Positions 40,147 to 52,931 of a stretch of DNA of 64,000 nt are shown here, piece after piece. The notes under the pieces were generated by a model. It was not told the origin of the DNA and did no database searches. It worked only from the letters and a program-made list of their open reading frames with translations. The stretch is taken from the NCBI RefSeq assembly GCF_001194135.2, contig NC_068985.1, positions 104,998,106-105,062,105 of the forward strand, written 5' to 3'. Within the stretch, counting starts at the first letter, position 1. Each line of letters begins with the position of its first letter. A program made the translations under genes and the position numbers. The DNA comes from Octopus bimaculoides. Taxonomy: Eukaryota.

Positions 40147-43100
40147 AGATTTATTTCAGATAAAAAAACTTTTTTTTTTTTTTAAATAAAAATAGATGGT
40201 TTTAACAAACTACCCTTCTTAATCTGAAATAATGACGAAAGCAGAAACCCCTTTGAATTTTTTAATTTTTATTGTGTTCAAATCGATATGGACCAACTGG
40301 TGGGTTAGGACTAAACTTATAAATAAAAGAAATAAAAATATATCGATGCAGAAAGCATGACTGTCAAATTGTATAGCAGGTTCATTTCCCACCTAGAGGT
40401 ATTTTCTTCGACTTAAGCTTAGTTAATTCTCTCGAAATGTGCAAAAATTCACACTGTACCTCTATCCCCATATATTTCAGGTGGGATTGCTGTCATTTGC
40501 ATGATATAGTAGTCAGTTCCCGTTAGAGTTTTATTTCGCAAATGATTTTTGGGATCGACACGAATGTCTAAAACTTGCTAGAAACTTGAGTTATTTTGTT
40601 TTTAAAGCATTGTCATCATTATTCTTGATCGAAATGGTGATGGTCTCCCCCAATTCCACCGAATTCAACCTCTATTACGTCAATTTCGATCCACTGAAAC
40701 AACTCTTTTGAAATTATATAATCTTACTACCTAAGCTCTGAAAATAGACATTTAGATTAACGAATTTTGCAGCTGATTAATCGATAAGGATTTGGTAGGT
40801 TGATTATGAAGTGTTGTACAAAATTCAGTGATAATATAATTTCAATGTCCATTCTCTATGTTTACACAAAAATTTGATAGTTTGCTCTTTTTATTTTTTG
40901 TTATAAATATCAAAACTAAATTCGCCCCCACCTCTTTAATAGTTTATTATCCAAATAATAAATAAGCTCATTGTGTGGATAAGTCATGACCAGCAATATT
41001 TTTAAGTAAGTTATTAATAAGGACTGTAAGGACTAAAAGATGATAGACTCTTTCTGTTCGGGGCTCTATGCCCCTAACAAAATTGCTTGTCTCTAGTAAA
41101 TCAGTCAACCATGCTACAAATATGAAGAGACGCATATGATTCATTAGCTTTTTGCGTGTCTAGTTCGAAGTTTCCCTATATTAAATTGCGTCATAGATAA
41201 AGATACTTTTTTAAATAGTTCTAGGAACCGATTAGAAAAATGTAGAAAATATACGATCTCGTTTTATGCAGACTATATAGAGGTCATTTACTAATTGCGT
41301 TCTTCGTTTTACAATCATTGAAAACCATTAGCGAAGAAACAAGGGTTAGGGCACATTGTTAGTTCGAGTTGTTTTCAGATTTTATCAACTGTTGCATGTG
41401 TGTTTGTGTAGCATTGAATACTATGGGCTGAAACTCACGGTGGTTCGCTATTTGGTCGATAGAACACAAGTAATTAACGAGAATGTCGTCCTATCCTCAA
41501 ATGATCCATTGAAAAGTGCCATGTTTCGTGTATAAACTAGAGCTTTTTAGGTTGTATTCGTCATTTAGAAGACCATGGATCTAATCTGTATCACTTAGAA
41601 GCGGAGTCAAATTGTATCCGAGGGATATAAATTTAACTCGTGATCTTCAGCTAAATTATCTTTACAATCTAACAGGCTCCAGCATATAGCTGAGACAGCA
41701 CAATTTGATCATCGCTCTGACTGGCCTGACACCTGCGTTATACTTACAAGACAGACCATAAGGACTCCAAGAGATCATTTGCATGTTTACAACAACAGCT
41801 GGTTTAATCAGTTTTTATATAGACACCTGCACGCATAGACACTGGAATCAGTTGTTTGACTTTTATCAAAAGAGATATCGGTCAAAAGATGTTCATGTCT
41901 ATTGACTTTATTAGTTAAAAAAAATTGAAATTGATGTAAATCATGAATGAAATTGGATTACATTTTTTTTTTCACTACAGTGCATATCACAGATAGCCAG
42001 TGTTATTTATCCTGGAAGAAAAAACATCGTAATAGACTGACATAGATTACAAATCGAAAATAATTTACTGGTAGAAGAACAATTCACAAATGTATATATT
42101 AAGAATATATATATATAGAGAGAAGAGGAACCAGTAAATGATGAAAACAGAAGCATGAACGCTCCTTTATGCATCACACCAGGGAAATTAGTGTCCTCAC
42201 CCTCTAAAGATTTTTAAGAAACCCCCAAACACCCATGGTATTAGCACCTGTAACTGCCAGGCTGAGATGCTGGAACAACCAAGAGCACTTCCGAGAATTA
42301 TATGATGCTTCAGTGAGGCAGGACACTTAATGAAGTAAAAAAACTTCCTTGTCAGTAGTCCGGCACCCGCATCATTTCAAAGGCCAAAGATTGAAGAATG
42401 TAATTTACTGAAAGAATACTGTATTGCAGTGTCATATTTCGTTTGGTTGGGAGTGCAGTTACTTTTCCTCACCTCCACCGTAGCATTAAGAATTGTCATA
42501 GAGCAAATGAGCAGTTAACTGTAGTCTCCCGTATCAGGGATTGGCTTCTAGCCCAAGGGATAAAGAGTAAGTCGATTGGGCCCTTCTCATCATCGCTAGG
42601 CAGTCTCACTTGCCGGTTCGTTTAATGATTACGTTTATAGCGATCTGTATTCAGTCAACAGGATAAATCCGCGAAGAGCTCCAGAGTCAAGGGGCTTACG
42701 TCAATAACACCTACTTCAGTACAAGGCCAACAAATTTTAGGGTAAGTGGTTAGTCGATACTACCGACCCTAACAATTGGCTTGCACTTTATTTGATAAAT
42801 TCCGGAGGAATGGAAAACACGGCGGAGTTGAAAAGAATACGTACACCACCCGTTTTCGGCGTAACAAAAACCCTAAACACCGCGTATACGTATTCTTCAC
42901 TTTCGTCAAAAACACACATTTAACCTTTTCCGATGCTTTTATGATTCTGCCAACCAATCGCCTTAATAGGGGAAAGTTGACCTCAGCGGGATTTTGAAAA
43001 GTTAGACTTCCTTTTGTNNNNNNNNNNNNNNNNNNNNNNNNNNNNNNNNNNNNNNNNNNNNNNNNNNNNNNNNNNNNNNNNNNNNNNNNNNNNNNNNNNN

Positions 43101-44261
43101 NNNNNNNNNNNNNNNNNNNNNNNNNNNNNNNNNNNNNNNNNNNNNNNNNNNNNNNNNNNNNNNNNNNNNNNNNNNNNNNNNNNNNNNNNNNNNNNNNNNN
43201 NNNNNNNNNNNNNNNNNNNNNNNNNNNNNNNNNNNNNNNNNNNNNNNNNNNNNNNNNNNNNNNNNNNNNNNNNNNNNNNNNNNNNNNNNNNNNNNNNNNN
43301 NNNNNNNNNNNNNNNNNNNNNNNNNNNNNNNNNNNNNNNNNNNNNNNNNNNNNNNNNNNNNNNNNNNNNNNNNNNNNNNNNNNNNNNNNNNNNNNNNNNN
43401 NNNNNNNNNNNNNNNNNNNNNNNNNNNNNNNNNNNNNNNNNNNNNNNNNNNNNNNNNNNNNNNNNNNNNNNNNNNNNNNNNNNNNNNNNNNNNNNNNNNN
43501 NNNNNNNNNNNNNNNNNNAAAAAAAAAAAAAAAAAAAAAAGGTTGCGAGGGGTGGGGGCGGAGGAAGTCTTTCCTTTTGAAACCAAAACCGAAACCAATT
43601 TGCTCTAACGTTCTGCTAATTCGCCGCCTTCCACACCGGAACTTATTAGATTCCAATTGATTATCAACTCTAACGCTTTAATACACTATCGCACACTTCT
43701 ATAGTTATCTTTTTGTCAATCAAAGAATAAATTATGATTATTAAGGTGGTGAGCCAACAGAATCGTTTGCAAGCCGGGCAAAATGTTAAGCGGCATTTAG
43801 TTCGTCTTTACGTTCCGAGTTCAACTTTACCTTTCATCCTTTCGAAGTGTTGTATCTTGAAGGAGGTGCTCTTAGTAATGAGAAGCTAGTGAAGTAGTAA
43901 ATTTACGAATGTGAATAAAGTCACTTTATCACTAAAAATGATTTTGGGTTGGCTCACTTTTTGTATAATTTGTGACTTCCTGTGCAACAGAAGTAAGGAA
44001 TGTTCAATCCAAAACATGGTTCCAATTCACACGACTTTGATTTTCCTAACACATCTTCCGCTTTGTATGTTCACTGTACGTTTACTTCTTGTGGATCAAC
44101 ATGCAAAAGAACCTCAGCGTGACACAGAATGTCTGTCAGACACTCTGTATATTGAAAACTACGTTAAGGGCACGCGTGTTTATGGAGTGCTCACTCGCTT
44201 GCGCGTTAAGTTCACGTAACTGATGTAGGATCGGTTATCTTGAGTTAACAACCATAACTCA

Positions 44262-44399
44262 CTATTCATCTGCTTCGGCACGTGAGCGGGTGTCTGACAC
44301 TGGGTTTGGCGTAGCTCGGTAGTTTAGTAGAAACGCGTCCAAGATTTCCTCCGTCGTGCCTTGCCCTTTTGACGTTCTTAATGCTCGTTTGGTGTTTAC
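44262..44399 (-). mobile_element. Ty3/Gypsy integrase C-terminal remnant
   Basis: Translation VNTKRALRTSKGQGTTEEILDAFLLNYRATPNP matches the F-KRAL...FLLxYRxTP region of Gypsy integrases. Decayed sequence probably extends towards 43900. Confidence 0.7.
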
Positions 44400-45484
44400 G
44401 AAGCAAAACATTGGTATCTTAACCCAGTCGAGCCCTGCATCTCCATCGCCTTCAGAGTAGGACTTGATGTATCTTTGTGTGTGTGTGTGGGGGGGGGGGA
44501 TGAAGTGTTGTGGTAAAAATTAAAAAAGATGTGGGTGTATGGTAAGAAGTTCGTTTCCAAACAACATAGTTTCGGGTTTAGTCCCATCGCGTGGCACACT
44601 GGGAACGTACCTTTTACTATAGCCTTGGGCCGACTAAAGCCTTGCGAGTAGGTTTGATAGAAATCGAAAGAAGTCTGTTTATGTTTGCAGTCTAATGACT
44701 GAAACAAGTGAAAGATAAAAGAAAAAAACTTAATAACTATTTGTATTTCATAATATTCGGATCTTTGGGGGAAAAGATCCTAATATTCTAATCGATCTCT
44801 TTTTGCAAATAGAGAAAGGCAAGTGGGCTTTTTGTTCATCTTTCAACTGGGCATTTTCGTATTACAAGTTCGATTTAAGATCAGATCTCCACTTGCTAAA
44901 AGCTAATAAAAACTACCACCTGAGTTATTTTATGTTTTTTTTTTAAAACTTTCCCAAAAATTGTTAGTAAAGTACGATGAAATATTCATTTCAAATTTTG
45001 GCACAAGGCAAGCAATTTTCAGAAGTCGGNNNNNNNNNNNNNNNNNNNNNNNNNNNNNNNNNNNNNNNNNNNNNNNNNNNNNNNNNNNNNNNNNNNNNNN
45101 NNNNNNNNNNNNNNNNNNNNNNNNNNNNNNNNNNNNNNNNNNNNNNNNNNNNNNNNNNNNNNNNNNNNNNNNNNNNNNNNNNNNNNNNNNNNNNNNNNNN
45201 NNNNNNNNNNNNNNNNNNNNNNNNNNNNNNNNNNNNNNNNNNNNNNNNNNNNNNNNNNNNNNNNNNNNNNNNNNNNNNNNNNNNNNNNNNNNNNNNNNNN
45301 NNNNNNNNNNNNNNNNNNNNNNNNNNNNNNNNNNNNNNNNNNNNNNNNNNNNNNNNNNNNNNNNNNNNNNNNNNNNNNNNNNNNNNNNNNNNNNNNNNNN
45401 NNNNNNNNNNNNNNNNNNNNNNNNNNNNNNNNNNNNNNNNNNNNNNNNNNNNNNNNNNNNNNNNNNNNNNNNNNNNNNNNNNNN

Positions 45485-45640
45485 GTTAAGATTGGGTTTA
45501 AGGTTAGATTTGTCTTTAAGGTTACAGTTTAGGATTAGAATATGGTTTAGAGTTAGGGTAGCGTTTAGAGTTAAGGTTGGACATAGGGTAGGGTTCAAGT
45601 TTTGGATTACGGTTAAGGGTTACGGGGTATCTTTTCGGTT
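45485..45640 (+). repeat. Degenerate TTAGGG-like hexamer array
   Basis: About 25 units with 6-bp periodicity (TTAAGG, TTTAGG, GTTAGG, GTAGGG); begins at the edge of an N-gap. Confidence 0.7.
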
Positions 45641-47271
45641 AGGCCCACCTCTTCAGATTTGCAATATACATATAACATTTTATTGGCATACAACACAAAA
45701 CCATACTAAAGATATAGATCCAAAACCGGGAGAAACTAAAATAGAAAAAGAGGAACAAAGAAAAAAAAAAAAAAGGAAAAGCTCATCAATTCAGTTCCAA
45801 GTGCCTCAATTAGTAGCATACCACAAGGTTCAACGAAACCTACTAAAACAAGCCAGCACGCTTGCGTTATCACAACAGGTGATGGCGAGGCTAAGGCATT
45901 GGATAAGCCAAGCGCCCTCACAGGTATTACCTGACACCTCGTTAAGAACTTCGCCGTTAGGGGCCCAATACCTGCAAACGTCGAGGATGTCATTAGTTAG
46001 AAGAAATGGTTCACTGATACGTCCCGGTACTTAAGAATTTTTATGACTGAATATTTCAGAGTAAAAAAATTTCTATCTCTTTAAGTTCGTAACTTTGTAT
46101 GCTGTGCGCGTAAGCGAAAGCAGGGTATTGTAATCACTCGTCTTTGCAAAATTACTGGGAAAGAGTTGTGATATTCGTAATTGCTATAAAAAACTGTACC
46201 TGTGTAGAAGTTTTCAGTAAAATTGGAAGACGTAGTTGAAACTGAAAAGAACCCTTGTTGTTGATGTTCAGCCCCAGGTCCCATTCATGATCTTCTTGTT
46301 CATATTTCTGGTACAAAGTATCTACGATTAAGTTACCCAAAATGTCTTTCTCTTTTTTAAATACGATAGGCTGAGATATGAAGGAAATTTGGCTGTTATT
46401 TCTAACAGGTCGCACACCTATAGCTCTTACGTCAATTTGGAAAATCATTAATACAATGAAGTTAGTCGGATTAGCGCTCACAGTAGCACGTTAAAATGCA
46501 TGTCTACCTCATTACAGTATTAAATTCCATTGAAGTCTTTTTTCCAGAATCAATAAAAATACTGATGTGCTTTATGATAAGGTATGGGTAAAACTGTCGA
46601 ATCTGTACAAAAGATCTCCAAAGATTCTAAAATATGATGCTTTGTTATAAAATTTACTATAAAAAGCAGTTTAATTAGTCTTAGTAATCACTGACTCCTT
46701 AATTGATTAATAAAGTATTTTTTACAAAAGCACTACACGCGTGGAATCACCGAGTATCTACAAAAATTCTGAAGTATACTATTTTATGTTCATGAAATAT
46801 ACTATAAAACGCAATTAACTCAGTTTAATTAATCTTACGAGTCACTCCTGTAAAATGATTTATTTTTATATTGGGTGAATGTAGTAGGTACGTCGTTTCT
46901 CTATGTGTTCTTGTTCGTTTTGTACTGGAGGTTAGTATTTACATACATATTTGACAACGTTATATATATACATATCATCAGACATGAGGCAAGTAATATG
47001 TTACGACGTTAATGACATTTACATGGCTATAAGTAACATGAATATGAATCAGAAAGCAGCCTGGGATCGGTCAACAACAGTATGAACCAAATTTTCGGAA
47101 TAATGAAATTTGGCACGCTGATTAAATTCTTTTTCGGAACATTACCATTCCTTTTGTTAAACACTAAAATTTTTTAATCTTTTTTCTTCCTTCGTTCAAG
47201 ATTGTACATCGAAGAGATTAAATAGTTTTACTAAGTTTGTTTACTTAAAAAGTTAATCAATACAGTGACAA

Positions 47272-47388
47272 CCGGAAGTAAAACGCAAAAATATCCAAGA
47301 CGACGTTTTTTAAAAACATTTTCAACCAATCACAAGCCGAGATGTCATGTTTGATTCCATTTAACTTAATAGGGTTTGTTGTAGCAAC
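47272..47388 (+). promoter_or_regulatory. Putative CCDC15 proximal promoter
   Basis: ETS core CCGGAAGT (47272-47279), NF-Y box AACCAATCA (CCAAT at 47326-47330) and palindromic GTTG-TAG-CAAC (47378-47388), 100-200 bp upstream of a candidate ATG. Confidence 0.5.
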
Positions 47389-47484
47389 AATTGGAAACAA
47401 TCTTTTTTTTAAAACAACGACAATAGTCACAATAGTAAGAAATAATAGGTTTCCAAAACTTTATCTTCCCATCGAAGTAGAGGA

Positions 47485-47583
47485 ATGAAGAATGTGATGA
47501 ATTATGATTTTCCTGGGAGGCTTACTCCTGCGTCGATTTGTACTCGGGCAGTCAGATTCACCCCTGAAAAAAAGTCTGCTTGG
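47485..47583 (+). CDS. CCDC15: CCDC15-like, probable first coding exon (MKNVMNYDFPGRLTPASICTRAVRFTPEKKSAW)
   Basis: ATG downstream of promoter motifs, open frame ending TGG|GTGAGT in phase 0, compatible with the next exon. Homology is weak. Confidence 0.5.
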
Positions 47584-48034
47584 GTGAGTGTAAAAGTTCA
47601 GAGAATTTCTTTTAAATCAAGTGTTTTGTTTTCATACAAAGTGTATCTTTGACTGCACCCCTCCCAAACAAACAAAAACTCCCAACAAAAAACAACAACA
47701 AAAGCCAGGATCACTAAGAGTAAGCTCGATCAAGGTTAACCTGGAATTAAACAACTATAATCATATCTCTCGCTGACTAAAGCCTTAAAGGCCCAGTTGT
47801 TTTGTGTGTTGGTTGTTCAAGATACTTGTCGCCCACTTCTCACTGAACTTAGAAAGAAGGCATGGCTACCTTTTTCGAGAAGCGGGACGCACGATACATG
47901 GCTCATCATTAGGCAAGCCGCACAATTAAAAACATTCAAGGTAATTTTTCGTTAGACATGCCATTCAGAAAGTCTCACGGGTTGCCCATGACAGCTTTAA
48001 AGCGATAATAAACTATCAAATAAATATTTAAAAT

Positions 48035-48325
48035 ATATAGTTCTCGTTTAGAGCAATAGGCGTGTATTGGAGTCGATCTAATTGACTGGCCCCCTCCCCC
48101 AAAATTTCTGGCCTTGTGCTTAGAGTAGAAAAGAATATTCAAAGATGGTGAGCTGGCAGAATCGTTAGCACACCCAACAATTCATTCACCTTTACATTTT
48201 GAGTTCAAATTCTGCCGAGGTTGACTTTTTGCCTATCATCCTTTCGGGGTTGATTAGTAAGTACCAGTTGGACACTGGGGTCAATCTAATCGACTTAGCC
48301 CCTTTCCCAAAATTGAAATCAATAG
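48035..48325 (+). mobile_element. Two adjacent SINE copies (3' part plus near full-length)
   Basis: GAGCTGGCAGAATCGTTAGC head, GAGTTCAAATTC B-box-like motif and GATCTAATCGACT tail. Confidence 0.75.
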
Positions 48326-49055
48326 TCAAGAAACCATCTGAATCAGTGGTTTTCAACTGTCCATATGGCCTTTGGATGTCATATAAGATTTTGTTATAAA
48401 TTGTTTATACTTTTACAATACATAAAATATTTTCACAAATTTTTTTTTATACAATTCTTAATAATATTTAATTATAAAAATATAATAGGATTTTTTACAC
48501 ATCAGATGGTTTAGAAACACTGACTGAATTTATTTCGTAGATGCTCTGACTAATAATTACTCCCATAAATCAGGCACGACTAAAGGTCTAGGTATCTGGC
48601 AGTTTGCCTCTAACACCAGGAATTTTATCAGGGACAGGGCCCAATTTTTTGTGGGGCTGGGTGGTGGTGGTAACACCCCTTCCTTTCACTATATAAAAAC
48701 ATTTTCTGAGATTTGGGTATGATGTCCCCCTTGCATTCCTTACTCAAAGGCTCTGCACATGCAATTTTTTCTGATAGAGGAACTTTGACAGACTAATCAA
48801 TTGATTATTTATCTAACTGACTGGTAATAAAGCTGAAGTGAAATATAATCAGTGTGTGTGTGGTTTTATTGGCAATATGACCCACCTAAAATACAACAAT
48901 ACGAGTTTCAACATATACTTTCCCATCAAAACAAATACGAAAATGAAACTTCCTACACAACCATCCACATCATATAGGTAAATAAACAGGAGTAGTTTCC
49001 TGTTCTTTTCTCTAGATAGGCATAGATTCTAAGAATTTTTAATATAGTGAGCGCC

Positions 49056-49360
49056 TAAGGTGGCAAACTGGCAGAATTATTATCGCATCAGAAAAAATGT
49101 TGAGCAGTATTTCTTCTGACCTTATTGTCTGAGTTCAAATGCTGTCGGGGTCAACATTGCTTTTCATCCTTTCAAGGTTGATAAAATAAGTACCAGTTGA
49201 ATACTGGGGTTGAGGTAACCAATTTACCTCTTCCCCAAAACTGGTCAACTTTACCTTTCGTCCTTTCAGGGCTGATAAAATAAGTACCAGTTGATCTCTG
49301 GGATCAATATAATTGACTTCCAATTCCCTAAAAAGTTCCTTTGCCTTGTCCCAAAATTAG
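49056..49360 (+). mobile_element. SINE with internal duplication of its 3' module
   Basis: The CTTTCATCCTTTC...GATAAAATAAGTACCAGTTGA module is present twice. Confidence 0.75.
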
Positions 49361-49954
49361 AAATAATTATTCAGTCTAATTGTCTCAATTTAATTCTTGC
49401 ACCAACCTTATTTTCCTGCTTAGAATATACCTCCATCGTCTACACTCGAGTTACTAATAACCAAAAACAACTTGATGTCTTTCCTGTTTTCTGGCTGTCT
49501 TTCAGAAAGAAGCAATCTCTTCAACTTATATTAGTTATGTTCTGAAATAGTTTTTCGCCCTTTCACTATGACAAAAGGAACCTTGTCTCTCTAGTGTAAA
49601 TATTAGTGAAATTTATCTAATACTATGATAGATTTTTTAGAGTGTACATTTTTCTTGATTTGTCCTTCGAAGAAGTCACATGTCTCCTAAGTGTGTATTT
49701 GGGATAAGCTAGAAGACGAAGTGAGCGCTTAAATGGTCTCCGTTTCTTAATGCAAGGGAGATAAATATGAAATGACTGCGTTAGGAACCGGTTGTGGAAT
49801 AAGACTTCATAAGCGAAAAAACATGTATAGATATTATGATTATCGTTGTTATATGATACTATGATAAACCGATGGCTAGATGAAAGAGCACTCACACACA
49901 CGATAATACACAAATATAAGGAAGTCCTCACTAAAAAAGGAAGTTAATGCATTC

Positions 49955-50175
49955 TTTTCTTTTATTCTTTTACTTGTTTCAGTCATTTGACTGCGGCCAT
50001 GCTGGAGCACCGCCTTTAGTCGAGCAAATCGACCCCAGGACTTATACTTTGGAAGCCTAGTACTTATTCTATCGGTCTCTTTTGCCGAACCGCTACGTTA
50101 CGGGGACGTAAACACACCAGCATCGGTTGTCAAGCGATGTTGGGTGGGGGCAAACACAGACACACAAACATATAC
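49955..50175 (-). mobile_element. tRNA-derived SINE, 3' half (young copy)
   Basis: High identity to the reverse complement of 63590-63780. Confidence 0.85.
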
Positions 50176-50974
50176 ACACACACAGGGGCAGAGGAAGAGA
50201 GAGATATGTACATCGACAGAGATGGAGGTCAGGGGTTCTTAGGGTTGGTTATAGTGAATTGGGACAAAAGGTGAGAGGGGAGCGACAGGCTGATATAAAA
50301 GTGCATTAAAGTTGAGAAATGGCAAAGCAAAGATGTACTTTAGAGGGCAGGGAAAGATAACTGGAAATATGGAAAGAGAAAATTGGGGTAAAATAAAGTG
50401 GAAAAGATGATATTGAAAATTACACACACACACAAACTTTTTTCTTTGAAAACTTCGTTGCATGAAATTGATACCATGAAATTCCTAAAATTGAGCTCTG
50501 TCATTTAAGCTTAATTAAAATATAGTTTGTTTTTAAAATAAAAACGTTAATCATACTTATATCCAATTTTTTGCCTTACTTATATTTTTTCATGATATTT
50601 TACCTCACAACTTTTTTGATACAAATTTTTGTTGCACAGGACCAAAACTGTGAAATTCTTCAGGCTTTCTTCTATCATTGAAGCTAAGATATATATATTT
50701 TTCTTTTAAAATAAAAAAGTTATTTAGATCTAAACTTGATTGGAGGCGTTACTTACTCTCCAATAACGTTGCTACAAATTTTGATGTAAACTTTTTTCTA
50801 CTGGACCAAATGTCAATTTTTTAATGCCAAAATGTAGCTAAAGACCAGTCCTCTTCAAAACTGTTAACAATTTTCAATTTGGTTATGAACTGAATTAGCG
50901 ACAAAGTCTGAAAGATGCTGCATGCGAGTAAATTGTGGCCTTAAGAATATTATTCAGCTACTACTGTAGTTGAA

Positions 50975-51125
50975 TAACATACATACATTATACATACATA
51001 CATACATATATATATACATATATATACATATATACATATATATGTATATATATATACATGCATGCATATATACATATATACGTACAGACACACACACACA
51101 TATATATGCATACATACATACATAC

Positions 51126-51176
<51 letters not shown>

Positions 51177-51227
51177 CATATGTACATATATACATACATA
51201 CATACATACATACATGCACACACACAC
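50975..51227. repeat. Compound (TA)n/(TACA)n/(CA)n microsatellite
   Basis: Directly visible; runs into the N-gap at 51228-51756. Confidence 0.95.
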
Positions 51228-51765
51228 NNNNNNNNNNNNNNNNNNNNNNNNNNNNNNNNNNNNNNNNNNNNNNNNNNNNNNNNNNNNNNNNNNNNNNNNN
51301 NNNNNNNNNNNNNNNNNNNNNNNNNNNNNNNNNNNNNNNNNNNNNNNNNNNNNNNNNNNNNNNNNNNNNNNNNNNNNNNNNNNNNNNNNNNNNNNNNNNN
51401 NNNNNNNNNNNNNNNNNNNNNNNNNNNNNNNNNNNNNNNNNNNNNNNNNNNNNNNNNNNNNNNNNNNNNNNNNNNNNNNNNNNNNNNNNNNNNNNNNNNN
51501 NNNNNNNNNNNNNNNNNNNNNNNNNNNNNNNNNNNNNNNNNNNNNNNNNNNNNNNNNNNNNNNNNNNNNNNNNNNNNNNNNNNNNNNNNNNNNNNNNNNN
51601 NNNNNNNNNNNNNNNNNNNNNNNNNNNNNNNNNNNNNNNNNNNNNNNNNNNNNNNNNNNNNNNNNNNNNNNNNNNNNNNNNNNNNNNNNNNNNNNNNNNN
51701 NNNNNNNNNNNNNNNNNNNNNNNNNNNNNNNNNNNNNNNNNNNNNNNNNNNNNNNNTATATATAG

Positions 51766-51915
51766 CTGTTGGCTGTTGAAGAAGAAGAGAAAAATGTAAA
51801 ACAGCAACAAGAGAAAGAAGTCCGCCTACAGAAGTTCCAAAATCGTGTCAGAAAACGGGTTGCAGCCATCCAACAAAAGAAAAAGCAGAAAGAATTGGAA
51901 CTGCGCATGAAAGAG
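51766..51915 (+). CDS. CCDC15: CCDC15-like exon, N-terminal coiled coil (LLAVEEEEKNVKQQQEKEVRLQKFQNRVRKRVAAIQQKKKQKELELRMKE)
   Basis: 150 nt, phase 0-0, GTGAGT donor. Resembles the CCDC15 segment EEELKEQLRKKQEALKHFQKQVKYRV (recalled, not searched). The acceptor abuts an N-gap. Confidence 0.8.
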
Positions 51916-52289
51916 GTGAGTAAATTAAGGATTTCATTAAAGGAAGTCTTATTGTAATGTTATGTTGCTGGAGCTGGCAGTCAAAGCTATATGTGTGGGA
52001 ATGAAATTTGCTTGGTGGGTGCAAACCCAGGTCCAACCCAAGACTTTTAAAGTGTTTACATTGCCCCATAAGAATTGTAGATGGTGCACTTGCACTCCCT
52101 GTACCCCTTGTTCCTGAGCCTATGGTCAAAATTGGGTCTCACACTCGTGTATAGTGATTGTGGCCATAGAGGAGCACTGCCAGCAAAAGTTTTAGTCAAT
52201 CATGTCAATATCCGTATATATTAAAGTTTGGTTCTTATTTTATCAATTCTTATTTACTAGTTACCTTGGTTATTGAGTGGACTGGAGCA

Positions 52290-52390
52290 GCGTGAAATAA
52301 AGTGTCTTGCTCAAGGACAACGCGTTGCTGGGAATCGAACTCACTACCTTACGATCATGAGATGAATGCCCTACCACTAAGCCATGCGCC
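52290..52390 (-). mobile_element. SINE tRNA-like head
   Basis: A-box TGGCTTAGTGG and B-box GAGTTCGATTC followed by the SINE core CCTTGAGCAAGACACTTTATTTCAC; no tRNA 3' acceptor stem. Confidence 0.7.
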
Positions 52391-52931
52391 TTCACACAAA
52401 CATACATACATACATGTTTCTTTCATTTTTTTTTTTTTGTCTACCAAATCCACTCACAGTCTAGGGCTGTAGTAAAAGACACATGCCTAAAGTGCCACGT
52501 TGCAGGAGTGATCCTGAGACCACATGGTTGGGAAGCATCTTGTCAACCACATATCCATGCCTGCACTTAAGGTATACTGAAAATGCTTATCAATTTTAGC
52601 AGTCTTGCTGCTCTCAGCAGTGAATTGCCTCATCCTGTAGTATTTGTTTATTGCTAAGTGGAACATATGACTGAGACCAAAAGTACAGTTGACCATCTCA
52701 CAAGAGGGTATGGTTTGGTTACATGTACCAAACTTTTGCTAATTGTTTTAAAGGCCTACAGACATAAATACCCTGTTAGCTAGTGTCAGGATGCCATCTG
52801 CCTACCTTACAGCTGATGATTCATTTCCCTCGTGGTTGTCTAGCTACAGCTCTGTATGAATTTTATGTAAACTAAATTTCAATTTTTTGGAAAATATCAT
52901 ATGTAAAATATAAAACATTGATTAATTTCAG

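Noticed and set aside
44300-44335. Pol III A-box-like TGGCGTAGCTCGGTAG suggesting a tRNA or ncRNA
   Set aside because: It is the antisense of the Gypsy integrase codons (NYRATPNP); there is no B box.
47797-47940. Possible 144-nt in-frame CCDC15 cassette exon
   Set aside because: The frame is open and a donor exists, but the acceptor lacks a pyrimidine tract, there is no recognisable homology, and the adjacent sequence looks repeat-derived.
50640-50700. Possible CCDC15 exon DQNCEILQAFSII after a good acceptor
   Set aside because: No phase-compatible GT donor before the stop codon.
50950-51810. Long ORFs rich in YI/HT/CV dipeptides, and all ORFs spanning X runs
   Set aside because: They are translations of (TA)n/(TACA)n microsatellites and N-gaps, not proteins.
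52300-52390. Possible tRNA gene
   Set aside because: A and B boxes are present but run into a SINE core with no acceptor-stem pairing; this is a tRNA-derived SINE head.
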